The translations under genes were made by a program, and so were the position numbers. Below the pieces are notes generated by a model. It was not told the origin of the DNA. It saw nothing but the letters and a program-made list of their open reading frames with translations, and did no database searches. Positions 11,313-24,023 of a DNA stretch of 64,000 bases are shown one piece after another (within the stretch, counting starts at the first letter, position 1; each line of letters opens with the position of its first letter). This DNA is from Neodothiora populina (taxonomy: Eukaryota), in contig NW_027191408.1 of the NCBI RefSeq assembly GCF_041146345.1, forward strand, positions 1,240,001 to 1,304,000, in the 5' to 3' direction.

Positions 11313-13604
11313 GGTTGACCTTCCAGAACTATGGTCGTCAAGTTGTGCAAGCAGCACAGCGCAAGTCCCTCACCTTGATGCGTCTGTGCCTATGCCTTTG
11401 CGAAAAGAAGTGTCGATATTCGTGAACGACATTGCCAGTCATATAACACCTTTTCAAACACCAGGCGCCCCGACCAAGAGCAGTCCTTTTCCCTTTCCGA
11501 CAATTACGACTCTTTCCAAAGCAGGGCAACGAATAGTCCCGATGACCAGGTTGATGCAAGCCTGCAGTTGACGGACGGATTCCCGAGGGCTAGACAAGTT
11601 GACGGAGAGAATAATATCGAAGGTGGTCAAAACAGCAGGTTCCGGTGTCGATTGCGCTTCGTGTGGAAATGGTGACCTGACGTAGCTGGAATTGAGGGTG
11701 GGCCTGAATGCTCTCTATATGCAAGGGATTGGCCCAGCACTTGTCGCACAGCGAGGCCCTCTCGACTCACTCTGCACGTCGGCTTTCTGTCAAGCGGCTT
11801 CGATACCTCAATCTTACTGATTGTTGGTGGCAGAGTAAGCTGTTCCCTACGGTCAGGGCTACACACTGAGACGTTCTGATGAGGTGCCGTAAGACGCTTT
11901 GCTGACCAAATCCAGAAAGGTCAGGATGCATGCGTTCTTGTGTCTCGAGGATTCGCTCTCACTACAGGCAGGCTGCAGACAGCGGTAATATACCACTGCC
12001 GCTGCTGTGCGTGGCCCCGGGATTTTATGGGACCGGGGAACAGAGAGCGGACGAAAGACGTGTGGTGGTTGTGATGAGTACTTGCGCAAAAAGAACAGCG
12101 ATTCGCTAAGTCGGCGCCTAATTACTTTCAAGGCTATTTAGATCAGCAAATGGCAATAGCATGAGACCGGCCGCCAGAAAGTACTGATAGTACGTTTGGG
12201 GGCGCGGGTGGTCATCAAACGTCAGGGTCTTGTCCAAAGAATGGGGGCCAAGAAGGTGAAGGCAAGGCAAGGCAATAATCAGGTCGTGTTGTTATTGCTC
12301 GAACACTGTGCCGTCTGGTCCACGCGGGACACAGGAGGGCGCAAGAACAACAAGAAGATCAGAAATTCGGACGGGCATTCGGCAGGCGGCGGCGTGTGCG
12401 ATTATACGTACTGTACACATCTCTGGGTGGAGTCGAATCACACGCAAAGGAACGGGCAGATAATGCGTCTAGAGGTGCATCGCGTAGGACGATCCTTAAC
12501 GATGTGGGCGAGGCTGCCACACCTTAAGGTTAGGCCAATATAGGGCGATACAAGGGTTCGGGACAGCCATCGTTTCTTGTTTCGCATCAAGCGAATCACC
12601 TATTGTGATTCATCTTTCGCTGTACATCAAGACAAGACGAGAACGGACTCAGCTGCATGTCTGGACTGCTTCATGTCTGTTGCTGTAGGTTTGTCAAACC
12701 GCTGGATCCGAGCCGTCAACGTCTCTATGGTCAAGATGAATCGTCGTCTTCTTTACTCCCGCGACGGACTCGTTGGCTTGCGGGCTAGTACGATCGCCAC
12801 GCTACAGGGTTGCGCCACCACAAGGCCGTTGCCCAAGAAGAAAAGACGACTTTAAACCCGCGATCCGCTTCGGAGTGAACGAATGGTGTACAGCACAAGT
12901 GTTTTGGTGAGGCTGATTGCCCGCATATGTGGCTTGCATGGTCACAACGGAAAATACACGTTCATAGGTCCACATCCAGCGAAGCGTCTTTGCTGTCAGC
13001 GAACTCGTGCGCAGATGTGAGACAACACCAAGTTTACTAATGGTTTCGCAAAGAGCTTTCCAGCGTCGAAGGTAATTTGTATGGGTCGTCGACTCTTAGC
13101 ACCTTCCTAAATAATATGAAAACGAACATCGCGTGCGAAGAACGAGTTGAGACAAGACACAGATGTAGTAGAGCCATACCGTGATATTTTGCGAGGCAAC
13201 TCTTAATTAAAATATATATACATGGCCTGCTCGCCTCATGCAGGTCGCTACAACTCAGCAGCACTGTTTGATTAGCGTGTTCATGAAGTGTCAGTATGTC
13301 GACCTCAAAAGATGGACCAATATGCCCACTTATTCGGACATCTCGGTGAGTAATTGGTCTGTCGAGTCTTCTTCGCACCAAAATAGGCCAGGACCACGGG
13401 GCGGATGGTCAGGGCCAGAGTGTTGGCGAAGTGAGGGAAAGGAATGGAGGGAGGTTCAGGGAGTAGAGGCATTTGTGGAAAATGTTTAAAAAGAGAATAG
13501 AAAGTCATTGGGTATCTTCGTCAAAAGTTGCTTTTTGAATATGGTATCCGTCCTTGGTATCATGGAAATTTTACATGAACGCTCGGTTCGAAAGCTATCA
13601 TAAT

Positions 13605-14248
13605 TTACTCCTCAGGGACTGCAGTAGGTGTTAGCGATATGTTATTGCCTCCCAATCGGCGAAAAGCACTCACTCTCAATCTCACCAGCCTCGATGGCGT
13701 CGGAGATGTCCTTGGGGCTCTTGCCATCAACCTGGCAGCCAGTGGAGAAAGCGGTACCGAGAATCTCCTTAACGGTACCCTTGAGGTCCTTGGCCATAGA
13801 CTTGAAGCGCATCTTGCGGGCGATCTCAATGATCTCGTCAAGAGGAACAGACTTGGTGTGCTTGATGTTCTTCTCCTTTTTGCGGTCACGAGGAGGCTCC
13901 TTGAGGGCCTTGATGACAAGGGAAGAGGCCGAAGGCACAACCGAGACGGCGGCTTGACGGTTTTGGATGGTGAGCTTGACGGTGACACGGAGACCCTTCC
14001 AGTCACCGGTGGCCTTGGCGATATCTTCACCGACCTTCTTGGGGGAGAGACCAAGAGGACCGATCTTAGGAGCGAGGGCGGAAGAGGCACCGACTTCACC
14101 ACCAGTGGCTCTCAGGTGGATCACCTTGACCTCATTGGGATCGAACTTGGGAGCTGCAGAGAATTACGATTAGCCAAAATGCCGCTGAAGCTGTACCTCT
14201 GCGTCCAGCGCAGGGCAGCCAGCATTCGAAAGGACGATACTTACGCAT
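13605..14248 (-). CDS. RPL12: 60S ribosomal protein L12 (uL11); exons 14248-14245, 14153-13674, 13618-13605
   Basis: Spliced product [50 protein letters not shown]...EIPEE; canonical GTAAGT and GTGAGT donors with CAG acceptors. Confidence 0.98.
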
Positions 14249-14780
14249 GGCTAGTACGTAAGGTAGTCGGTCTCTTTCGAGTAATTATGGGAGGACTTGT
14301 AGTCGGTCGTTGGTCGCACGAGGAAGAGAACAGGAAGTTGCATCGCAGATTGAGAAAGATATGGATAATTTTCGCCGGGATGGTGCGCCAAGAGTGCGGG
14401 ACCAACGGGGAGTGCCGAGCTCCCAGTGCGAGTGGACGCACGAGTCAAGTATAACTTCCATCCAAGATGACCAGAGTCAGTAAGACCCTTGTTTCCTCGC
14501 ACTTGCCCAAGGTACTTGCCTGCACGCTGCCCCTGCTGTAATTACAAGTATGAAAGTATGCGACTGCCGCCAAGCCAGGGAGAGCTTCGTGTGCCTTCCA
14601 CAACTGATGATGACAGCGAAGCATTCTTGAGATATGTAGACACTTTATATCATCTGAAACACTCCACCGCATCCTTTGATTTCTCCCACAATAGAACAGA
14701 GAACAGAAGTATTTCTGCATCCTAGAGACTGTCGCTATTGAAATTGTAGCGCTGAACAGGTTTTGTGCTCAAACTCTCTT

Positions 14781-14810
14781 GCAAAGCAAGAAACCGCAAA
14801 GCAAGAAACC
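14781..14810. repeat. Tandem duplication of a 15-mer
   Basis: GCAAAGCAAGAAACC x2. Confidence 0.85.
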
Positions 14811-14920
14811 TGGATTGGCCAAACACCACCAGTGTCAATACAGGCGAATTGGTAGTCACATATAGTCTACGAACTTGCATAGCACGATCTTGCAGATTCC
14901 CGTGAACGTAGATTGACGGA

Positions 14921-16168
14921 ATGGCGCAACAAGGTCAACCTCAGCCTGGCCAACCCCAGCCCGGTCAACCGATGATGGGGGGTCCACCTCCTCAACCTGG
15001 GCAGCAACCGAGCCCGCAGCAGATTGCAGAAATGCAGCGCCGTCTGGCTGAAGAAGCACAAAAGCACGGCATGACCGTCCCTCAATACGTCGAACAGCTG
15101 AAGGCGCAAGCGATGCGTCAACATCAGATGCAAGCTGCCATGCGCCAGCAGCAGATGCAGCAGGCTGGAGGCGCTGGTCCGCCTCAGCAAGGACAAGGCC
15201 AGGCTATACAGCCCGGACCGCCGAAACCTGAAGCATTGGCTGTTGCCAACTTCCTCAAATCACAAGATCTGAAGACGAGAACGTGCATCTTCCAGGAGAA
15301 GAGAAAGGACATGTTTAAAGGTACTTATATGACCTGTCCAATGTCATCTCTTTTCCCTCATCGAGCTAACGAATCCCTCTCAGTCAAAAGAGCAATCCGA
15401 GCACTTCACAGTCCAGCTTACGAGAAAGCACGTAAGAAGAACCCTCTCCTGCCCGAAGTCACAGATCGTGCAAGCGCCGAAAACACCTTCAAATTATTGC
15501 CCCTTGGACTACTTGCCCTGCGCGTTACCAAAATTGAACCGGAGGCAAATTCCCCGCAAGCGAAGAAGAAGCGCGTTAAGGGTCTGTGGACCGTGAAGGT
15601 GGAACAGCAGCAAGATGCAGCCGACGAGTCTCATTATGTCTGGCTTTACGAAGATCCTCGCGCCCAATGGCGAATGCGGCTCTATGCACTTGGCGCCCTT
15701 GTTCTGATTCTCGCTGTTGTCTTTTTCCCCGTCTGGCCCTATACTATGAGGCTCGGAGTGTGGTACCTCAGCATGGGATGTTTGGGACTGCTCGCCCTGT
15801 TTTTCGCCATGGCCATTTTCCGTCTGATTCTCTTCGTCATCACCATGTTCGCTGTGCCTCCTGGCTTGTGGCTGTATCCAAATCTATTCGAGGACGTCGG
15901 CTTCTTTGACTCCTTCAAGCCATTCTGGGGTTGGCAGGAAACACCCGAGGACAAGAAGAGTATCAGGAGTGAGAAGAAGGCGAAGCTCGCGGCCAAGAAA
16001 GCGAGGAAGGAAGGACAGACAAGTGAAACGCCAGATGCCAGTGCATCGCTAAACGAGTCTTCGCCCCAATCCGTCCAGGCAAGTGGCGCTGAGTCTCAGG
16101 AAGGTGCCCAAGTTGCACGGAGAGTTCCATTCCAAGGAGCCCGGGTCGAGGAAGTGGAGGATGAGTGA
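14921..16168 (+). CDS. SEC62: Translocation protein Sec62; intron 15321-15383
   Basis: Q-rich N-terminus, FKVKRAIRAL, YVWLYE, two TM helices, PPGLWLYPNLFEDVGFFDSFKP motif. Confidence 0.95.
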   Translation: MAQQGQPQPGQPQPGQPMMGGPPPQPGQQPSPQQIAEMQRRLAEEAQKHGMTVPQYVEQLKAQAMRQHQMQAAMRQQQMQQAGGAGPPQQGQGQAIQPGPPKPEALAVANFLKSQDLKTRTCIFQEKRKDMFKGTYMTCPMSSLFPHRANESLSVKRAIRALHSPAYEKARKKNPLLPEVTDRASAENTFKLLPLGLLALRVTKIEPEANSPQAKKKRVKGLWTVKVEQQQDAADESHYVWLYEDPRAQWRMRLYALGALVLILAVVFFPVWPYTMRLGVWYLSMGCLGLLALFFAMAIFRLILFVITMFAVPPGLWLYPNLFEDVGFFDSFKPFWGWQETPEDKKSIRSEKKAKLAAKKARKEGQTSETPDASASLNESSPQSVQASGAESQEGAQVARRVPFQGARVEEVEDE

Positions 16169-17127
16169 TCATGCTCTGGGATTTGCCGTCCATTGCGACG
16201 ACTGTATCTCATGCCTCAGTGGTCCGTACTCCTTCTTAATTTGTGCTGCTGAACGGGGCAAAACTTTCTTATATTGGCAGAATGCAAAACGTACTCTGTG
16301 ATCTGCAGTGTCTTCTCGCCTTCGCATAATCCAAGATGTTCACATAAAGCGACCGACTTCCAATTACCCAGTTCCGGATTAGTTTACTTGGCTTCCGTGC
16401 TCAGATGCACAATACCCGCTCCGTCGGATGTCCAGCACGTTTAAAGCGCTGCCTAGGTAATCTGGCAACTCCCGCAACTGCTCATCAGATAATGTGTTAT
16501 ACCATACTACAGATCTGACTCTGGACTTCGTTGGCGAAGATAAGCAATGACGCCGCTTACGACTCAACGAACGGATTGGCTGCGCCCCGTCAATGATCTA
16601 ACCAGCCAAGCCCTTGCCCAGATGAGATGTAAACCTTGCTTGAACCCCATACCATCGAGTCAACCTTTCCCCTGACTATTCGCTACAATGCTCGGTCTTA
16701 TTATCTATATGCGTGCTGTAGAACCTTCCTCCCAGAGGTCTATCGTGGGCTTGGTAGGAATTCAACAGATCGTAGCTGTACTTGGCACACTCGTCTTCGA
16801 GCCTTTCGACGCAAAAATGACATTCTCAACTATCTTAGATTGCATGCAATGGTATAGGAGCCACTTCGGCGACATCTTTACTCTTCTCAGTGTCGCATCT
16901 ACACAGGCACCACATCGCATTACCAAGACTGTTCGAGCTATCCTTTCGCGCTCATGAAGCATACACCTTCGGCCATAATACGGTGGCTACGGCAGCAGCA
17001 GTGATCACCTCTGCACACAAATGCGAACCTCCAAGCTATAAGAGGGAGTTGTTCTGCCAGCCATGCTATCTGTTCATCATCGGATCAATAGCAATCGTTT
17101 GCATAGTATCTGCAACATCTACTCGTA

Positions 17128-18984
17128 ATGAAGTCTTCTCTGTACCCTCTTGTGGTGGCGCTGCCTGCGATGGTACTTGCATACCCATCACAGCTTACTG
17201 CCAGATCCCACGGGGTTGTGACCAGCCCGGAGGATGTAGCAAACAGAACATTCGACTACATCATCACAGGAGGCGGTCTTACCGGTCTTGCTGTTGCGAG
17301 CAAGCTGAGTGAAGATCCAAGCAAGACCGTTCTGGTCATAGAAGCCGGCGAGAATCACGAGAGTGATCCTCGCGTTTACGATGTGCGCACTTATGGCCAG
17401 GCCTTCGAGAGCGAGATCGACTATAACATTACCTCGACACCCATCAGCTGGAGAAACGGCACAAGGCTTTCAATGGCTGCTGGAAAAGCCTTGGGTGGAT
17501 CTGGCTCGATCAATGGAGCTTCCTGGACGAAGGGTCCCAAGACCCAGTATGATCTCCTTCCGATCCTGACTGGCGACGAGTCTTGGGGCTTCGAAGCTTT
17601 CAACAAGAAGATGCTGCAAGCCGAGAATTTCAATCCACCGGCAGCAGACCTCGTGGCCAAGGGTGCCAAGTATGATCCGGCTTCGCATGCTCATGGCGGT
17701 CCCGTTCAGGTCTCTTTCGCACAGGGCATGTTTGGCAGTATCCAAGTACCTGCGCTGCAGGCTTCTGATGTAGTTTGGAAAGGCCTCCAGCGTCTGGCTG
17801 ATGTTGCCTCCGGCGTCGTCAACGGTGCAACGACTATTCCGAACATGGTCCAGCCTGATATCAGCCAGAACCGCTCCTCGCCCTTCGCGGCCTACATCGC
17901 TGGCGAGCCCGAGACTCGCAAGAACCTGGTCATACTCACAGGTCACCGTGCTATTCGCATAAATTGGGAGGGCAATGATACCGCCGGCGGAGATGATCTC
18001 GTGGCGTCCAGCGTTGACTTTCAAGCAGCTCGTGACAGCCCGGTGCTGACTGCTCATGTTCGCAACGAAGTGCTGCTTGCATCGGGCTCTATGCAGTCTC
18101 CACAACTGCTTGAGCTGTCTGGTGTGGGATCACCTTCAGTTCTTTCCGCTGCAGGTGTCCCGCTTGTGAAGGCTCTCGAGGGCGTAGGCAAGAATCTGCA
18201 AGAGCAAACAAAGAATAGTGTTTTCTACACCCCCAAATCACTTCAGTTTGATGGCACTGGCCCTTCAAGCGCTATTGCCTTTCCAAACGTGCACCAGTTG
18301 CTTGGTGAAGAACAAGCAGAAATCGTGTACGCCGAGACCATGGCCTCTCTTCCCTCTTATGCGGCTTCCCTTGCTAGCGAAGGTCTCGTCGCGAGCGAGT
18401 CCGGCACTCTCGACATCCTCCGTCACCAGGTGGAGAACCTTTTCAATGCTTCCGAAGCTGCAGCTGAGATATTCTTCACTTTGACGCCAAGCGCACAGAA
18501 TGTCGGTATCGATCTTTGGAACCTGATCGTTCTGGCGAGGGGGACTATTCATATTAGCACGAACAGCTCATGGGACTTGCCTGTTGTTGAGCCATCGTAC
18601 TTCAAGCACCCGCTCGACCTTCAATTGCAGACCCTCGCTACAATGCAGAGTAGACAGGTCTATGAGACCGCTCCACTGTCCGACTACGTGACCGAGGAGA
18701 CTTTCCCAGGCTTGGATGTTGTGCCTCACAATGCGAGCTATTCGATTTGGGAAGAGTGGGTGAAGGACACTTTTACCTCGGTCTGGCATCCCATTGCGAC
18801 TTTGTCTTGCATGAAGCGGGAGCTCGGAGGCGTTGTTGATGAGAGGCTCAAGGTTTACGGTTTGGCCAATGTCAGGGCGGTGGACGCTAGTGTGCTGCCG
18901 GTGCAACTGAGCGCGCATCTGAGCTCCTCGCTTTATGGCATTGCAGAGAAAGCCGCAGAGATGATCAAGGCGGACAACGAATGA
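17128..18984 (+). CDS. Secreted GMC oxidoreductase, glucose oxidase/dehydrogenase-like (AA3_2), intronless
   Basis: Signal peptide; FDYIITGGGLTG FAD-binding motif; GKALGGSGSING; GSMQSPQLLELSG; C-terminal WHP and SAHL (His/His catalytic pair). Confidence 0.9.
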   Translation: MKSSLYPLVVALPAMVLAYPSQLTARSHGVVTSPEDVANRTFDYIITGGGLTGLAVASKLSEDPSKTVLVIEAGENHESDPRVYDVRTYGQAFESEIDYNITSTPISWRNGTRLSMAAGKALGGSGSINGASWTKGPKTQYDLLPILTGDESWGFEAFNKKMLQAENFNPPAADLVAKGAKYDPASHAHGGPVQVSFAQGMFGSIQVPALQASDVVWKGLQRLADVASGVVNGATTIPNMVQPDISQNRSSPFAAYIAGEPETRKNLVILTGHRAIRINWEGNDTAGGDDLVASSVDFQAARDSPVLTAHVRNEVLLASGSMQSPQLLELSGVGSPSVLSAAGVPLVKALEGVGKNLQEQTKNSVFYTPKSLQFDGTGPSSAIAFPNVHQLLGEEQAEIVYAETMASLPSYAASLASEGLVASESGTLDILRHQVENLFNASEAAAEIFFTLTPSAQNVGIDLWNLIVLARGTIHISTNSSWDLPVVEPSYFKHPLDLQLQTLATMQSRQVYETAPLSDYVTEETFPGLDVVPHNASYSIWEEWVKDTFTSVWHPIATLSCMKRELGGVVDERLKVYGLANVRAVDASVLPVQLSAHLSSSLYGIAEKAAEMIKADNE

Positions 18985-19106
18985 GTAGACAGTTTGGGAG
19001 AGAGAGAGATATAGGGGAGCAGGTCAGAGAATGTGAGCACATTCATGCGACTTGGTAGATTAGACACAATAGATATAGATGGATATAGACAGAGACATGG
19101 ACATGG

Positions 19107-19131
19107 TAGATTAGATTAGATTAGATTAGAT
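19107..19131. repeat. (TAGAT)5 microsatellite
   Basis: Direct reading. Confidence 0.9.
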
Positions 19132-19624
19132 TCGGTATCAGCACAAGCGAATGGAAGACATTACAATCTTCGACTCGAGCAATACGAGACAGCCAGAACT
19201 CGGTCGAACATGCGACAGCCAGACGTTGACATTGTTCTTTGTAATCCAGAACCTCCTTGTGTTGTGGGGATCTATAGAATCACAACGAATGCGTGTATAA
19301 TCGAATGACGAATCAAGGCCGGCTTCTACGGCGTAGAAGAGTACAATATATGAGTGTCGCAGAGCTCGGACCCCCGCATGGCGCAATTATTACCTGAGCG
19401 AGGGGTCCATCGGCCTTTGACTCTTACCATAAGGCGGGACGGACACCTGAACTTCGGCATTGCAGGAAATCGAGTTGACCTTACCTTACGGAGACAATAC
19501 AACAATCTAGAAAAAGACCCGCAGCAGTCGAGAAAATCATACCGTATATCGTTGACGTGTGTTGTTTTTCTGCAGGAATAATGGGGTTTCGCTAGAAGTA
19601 TGAATCCCATACTCTGGCGTGATT

Positions 19625-21987
19625 ATGGATAAAGATGCGAGATCTGCGAAGCATGCAGTAAGAGCGCCTCCGAGACGAGATAATCGTTTGCGTCTTTTGA
19701 CTTTCTGTATCTAATCTAATGTGATAGTGCGATGCATGTAGAGCGAAAAAGTACAAGGTAGGTAGAGGAATACGATGAATAGACAAAGAGCACATGTCGA
19801 TGCTGACTCTGTGCCCGCAGTGTACCAAAGAGAGGCCTTCCTGCCAATTATGTCTACAGCAGAAACGGACATGCCATTACAGCGGCCAGATCACTCGAAC
19901 ACCTCTCACCAGAGTGTAGGTATCCGAAATAAGACCAAGGACCGAACATGATACTCATATGCATATCAGGCATCTCACACACGTGGAGAATCGAGTACAC
20001 AAGCTAGAGGCGCTCTTCGCTCGTCTGAACCCCGACGTCGACCTGGAGACGGCACTGTCGCAGAATGACATTGCCACTCCCACCGGCAGCACTGATCTGT
20101 CGAGCTCGATCAGATCCGAGGATTTCAAACCACTCGAGTGCCTTAACCAACCTCGGCAGGAGACCCCGCCTTACGAGGCTCTTCCACAAGAGGCAGATGG
20201 ATTTGATTGGAAAGAAGAGACGACAGACGTAGATGACTTGGCGGATGGAATGGCTTCGTTGACTGTCGAACCATCAGGTATTGGATACTTGGGTAGGATT
20301 TTGATCGCAATCGTGAACGAATTCTCGTCAGCCGCTCACATTTGCTGGCAGGTTCCACTTCCGGAGTTGGATTTCTACGCGCCTTCCTTGTCTGGACGCG
20401 GAAGAATGCAGTGTCAGGCGTCCTGAACGAGCCAGCGATATTGCAGCTCGCACAACGACATGCGCAGCAGCAATCTCTATATGTTCAACATATTCCGGAA
20501 AATGCCATCGGCCATCAACTCGCTGCATCCCTGATCGACGCTTACTTTACAAATTATCATACGTCATATCCGTTCATACACGAAGCAACATTCCGGGCGC
20601 AATACAACGCGCTGATCAAGAGACCGGAGAAGCGGGCATGGCATATGCTTTTACATACCGTCCTCGCCCTGGGCGCCTGGACCATTAGCGACGGGACGAA
20701 CGACCTGGATGATGTCTTGTACCGGAAGGCGCGCAGTTATTCGCAGGAAGAAGAATCTTTGTTTGAGTCAGGAAGTCTTTCTCTGGTCCAGGCTCTTCTT
20801 CTTCTGAGTAATCTATCACAAAAAGGCAACAAGCCTAACACAGGTTGGAATTACCTTGGACTTGCGGTCCGCATGGCTATTAGCTTGGGCTTCCACCGGG
20901 AGCTTCCAGAGTGGAACATCAGCCTGTTCCAGCGAGAGGTGCGAAGAAGAGTGTGGTGGGGTTTGTTTATCTTCGACAGTGGCGCCTCTACGACATTTGG
21001 ACGAGCGATCCTTTTACCACGAAAAGAGATGGTCGATGTCAAGTCTGTCATGAATATCGCAGATGAAGTGAGTAGCATTTCGTTCTTGTTTTCATTTTTG
21101 CTAATAGTGCCTAGGATCTGGTTCCCATCACGGAAGAAGTGCCGAGACAGAGGAGCGAGCCCACGATCTACTCTAGTCTCATAGCGCAATCCCGGTTCCA
21201 TGTCATCTCCAACAGCATTTCTGACCGCCTCTTGTCCTCGCCGGTAGTCTCGGCCAACGAGGCATTGACTCTCAACGCCGTACTGGGCTCATGGGCCGCC
21301 ACGTTACCATGGTATTTCCAGCTGGACCAGCCCATCGCTCTTCCATATGACTGGTACCTTTTCGCACGCCAGAAGTTATGGTGGAGATACTGGAACCTGC
21401 AGATTTTGCTTATGCGGCCACACTTGCTTACATGGGCTATGCGGCGAATGGGCGGCCAGGGAACGCTGGAGGATACAGCAGAAGAAGCCAAATGCAGGAA
21501 GATCTGCCTCGACAGTGCCCACAGTACACTTTCGACTGCGAACATATATATCCGGGAGAACACGTTGACTCGACTGACCTCGTGGTACACGCTGTATGTT
21601 TTCTTCCGTTTCTGCTTCTTTCACACAAGCTTTTTTTGCTCACACTTTCCTGCTAGATTTTTCACCTTTCACGCGGTTCTCATTCCATCCGTGTGTCTCT
21701 GCGTCGACCCAGCAGCCCCAGAAGCACAAGCATGGCAAGAAGACATAGACGCAACCAGAGACCTGATGTTGTTTGCATTCGGAGGCAACCCGTTGGCCCA
21801 GAGGTGCCTAGACATCCTGAACTGCCTCGTACCGAAGCAAGGGCTCGGCCGCGTCGACGGTGGGCTTTTCGCAAGCACGTCTGATCCCACGCAGGACGAC
21901 CTCGAGTCTTGGCTGGTCGATCCGGCTGATCCTATGAATATGTTTGGATGGACGGATGTCGGCCAGGATCTGTGGCAGTTTCCTTAG
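19625..21987 (+). CDS. Gal4-like Zn2Cys6 transcription factor; exons 19625-19657, 19728-19757, 19821-19915, 19970-20292, 20352-21067, 21115-21593, 21657-21987
   Basis: Spliced N-terminus ACDACRAKKYKCTKERPSCQLCLQQKRTCHYSGQITRTPLTRVHLTHVENRV resembles the Gal4 zinc cluster and dimerisation helix. Fungal_trans domain (YPFIHEATF, GLAVRMAISLGFHRE, RRRVWWGL). Confidence 0.9.
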
Positions 21988-22346
21988 GTCGGTCTGTCTG
22001 TTCCTGAGATTGGTGTCGTCGTGGCTCGTCAGATCCTTTGAAGGATACACAATTTAGCGCGTATTGTCATGTAGCAGAAGACACTTTATACACCCAGTAT
22101 CATTTTTTCGTCGTTTTCTCTTCTCTCTTTCCGGCGTTCTACTCTTGTTTCAATGTCAGCAACACATACAGTAGGGCACTAGACGGCCGGAAGTATCTCG
22201 GAAAACATCCATCATCCCCTTGCCACCAAGACCAAAGCAAACACCAATTCCACTCCCTGCAGCAGACACAAAATGCATATCCCCACAACCGAACCCAACA
22301 ACAGGATAAGAAAGCAAAGAAGGAAAAGGGGAGAGAAAAAAGTATG

Positions 22347-22439
22347 GGCTCCAACCGCGATTCGAACGCGGGACCTCACGCAATTAGTGAACTCAGGGTG
22401 TAGCCCTAAGCGTGAATCATACCCCTAGACCATCGGAGC
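22347..22439 (-). tRNA. tRNA-Pro(AGG) with 21-nt intron (22383-22403)
   Basis: GCTCCGATGGTCTAGGGGTATGATTCACGCTTAGGG/TGCGTGAGGTCCCGCGTTCGAATCGCGGTTGGAGCC; all stems pair; oligo-T downstream. Confidence 0.95.
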
Positions 22440-23312
22440 GCTGGAATAACAGACTGAGAAGCTGTTACTGATGACAGACTTTATTGGTCATTTAGTATAT
22501 ATATCTTGGACAAGATCGAGGACTAGTGGACTCGAGTATGCAATATTGCCTTGTGGATGGGGTCGATGTACCGCACTATGAACGTGGTTGATCGTTTATG
22601 AAGCAGGGGGAACTAGTCGGCACACACAGCCGATGGCCCTAAGGACAATAGTATGCCTCTCGTGAATGTTAATAGAAAAGAAAATCAGGATAAAGACTCG
22701 GGCTTCGGTTGCACACATACACGCCGAGGCAACACACATTCAACCTCCCATCGCAGGCGCTTCCCTTGTGCAGAATAACCGCTGCGATGACCAAGAGACT
22801 CCGAGAGATTTGAACGCCACATGGTCTTGGTATATCCTTCACCGGTTGGATTTGGCGTGGTGAGAAATGTCGATGTCGGGCTTCTCGTTCCGCGTGGCTA
22901 TGTGAGAACAGGGTCGCCCTCGCGTTGTTAGACTTGGCAGATACTTGGATGCTCTGTGCCGGTTCGCGTAGAGATACAAGTGCAGTATCTGCAGACAGCA
23001 CAAGTCCCCACACACGTTGTACAGACAGACAGTGGCAAGCGCAGAGTCCCACAGCAGTGATATCAATACAGTACCGCACACGACAGACAGCCGCACAAGC
23101 AGTGTCTCTTGGTCGCAATGCATCAAGTCGAGAACAAAACACGCAATATGCCACCGCCTAGAAGCCCCATACACTATCCCACACGCTGCCTTGGAAACTC
23201 CCCCCTCCACATGATCGGCGAAGCGGAAACCATAGGCGAGGACCCTCTTGCGTCCCAGTTGTAGTAGTGCGTCTTTTCTTCCTATTCAACCGAACCGCGA
23301 GGGCGGGAAGAT

Positions 23313-23841
23313 CTGGAGATTACAATGGAAATAGATGCGGTGCGGGGGATCACGGTGGGTGAAAGTGGGGAATTACTGCCCTTTCTTCGCGGGGTTATGC
23401 GACTAGGACTAGGACTGGGACTAGGACTAGGTTAGGTTGGTTAGTGCTTGGGATTAGATTTGTCCGGGGGGGCGGTGATCTTTGTACAGTATTCTTAGAC
23501 TTCCAGGTATTGTACGTCGAGGTGTCGTGCTGTGGAGGGCGACATGAGGTGTCTGGCTGTAGCCATCGTTGCAGATGTGAGACATTTTATTCGTCTCTAT
23601 TGATTAGAAGAGGTATAATTCCAGAAAATTTCCCCGTCGCTCGGAGCCCCGGGTAGAGCTGTACAGCATCTTCGGTATAACTATCGCCATCAACAGACAA
23701 ACAAGCGCTGCAAGGCCAGTGCCGAAGCAAGATATATTGGATAGGTGCATGAAAGGAATGGTCCCGCGTTTTCCGTTCTTCCACGTCAATGCCGTTTCGG
23801 AAACCAAAGCAGAGAGCAACGGCAGATATGCAAAAGGCTAA
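23313..23841 (+). promoter_or_regulatory. Candidate CreA (SYGGRG) cluster and XlnR-type GGCTAA site upstream of the arabinanase
   Basis: CTGGAG 23313, GCGGGG 23342, GTGGGG 23365, GCGGGG 23389, GGCTAA 23836. Short motifs that may occur by chance. Confidence 0.3.
23401..23444. repeat. Imperfect (GACTAG)n simple repeat
   Basis: gactaggactaggactgggactaggactaggttaggttggttag. Confidence 0.8.
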
Positions 23842-24023
23842 TTAAACCCACCGACATCCTTGCGTCTGCGCATTGTGCTCTGACAATGGCCCGGGAGACG
23901 AGGTCGAGGCAAATGGGACGCGGAGACGTGAGGCGAGGAGAGTGAAAAGGAAAGGTATATATACCATATTCAAACCCGTGACTATGCCATTATGCCTCAT
24001 ATACAACCATTCGGGATTCGAAC

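Noticed and set aside
13639..14454. 271-aa plus-strand ORF
   Set aside because: Antisense shadow of the codon-biased RPL12 gene.
14605..14657. Possible C/D snoRNA (TGATGA...CTGA) in the RPL12-SEC62 intergenic region
   Set aside because: Only about 50 nt between the boxes, no terminal stem, and no rRNA-complementary guide I could recognise.
16379..16957. Short ORFs upstream of the GMC gene
   Set aside because: No recognisable motifs; overlapping ORFs on both strands; probably promoter DNA.
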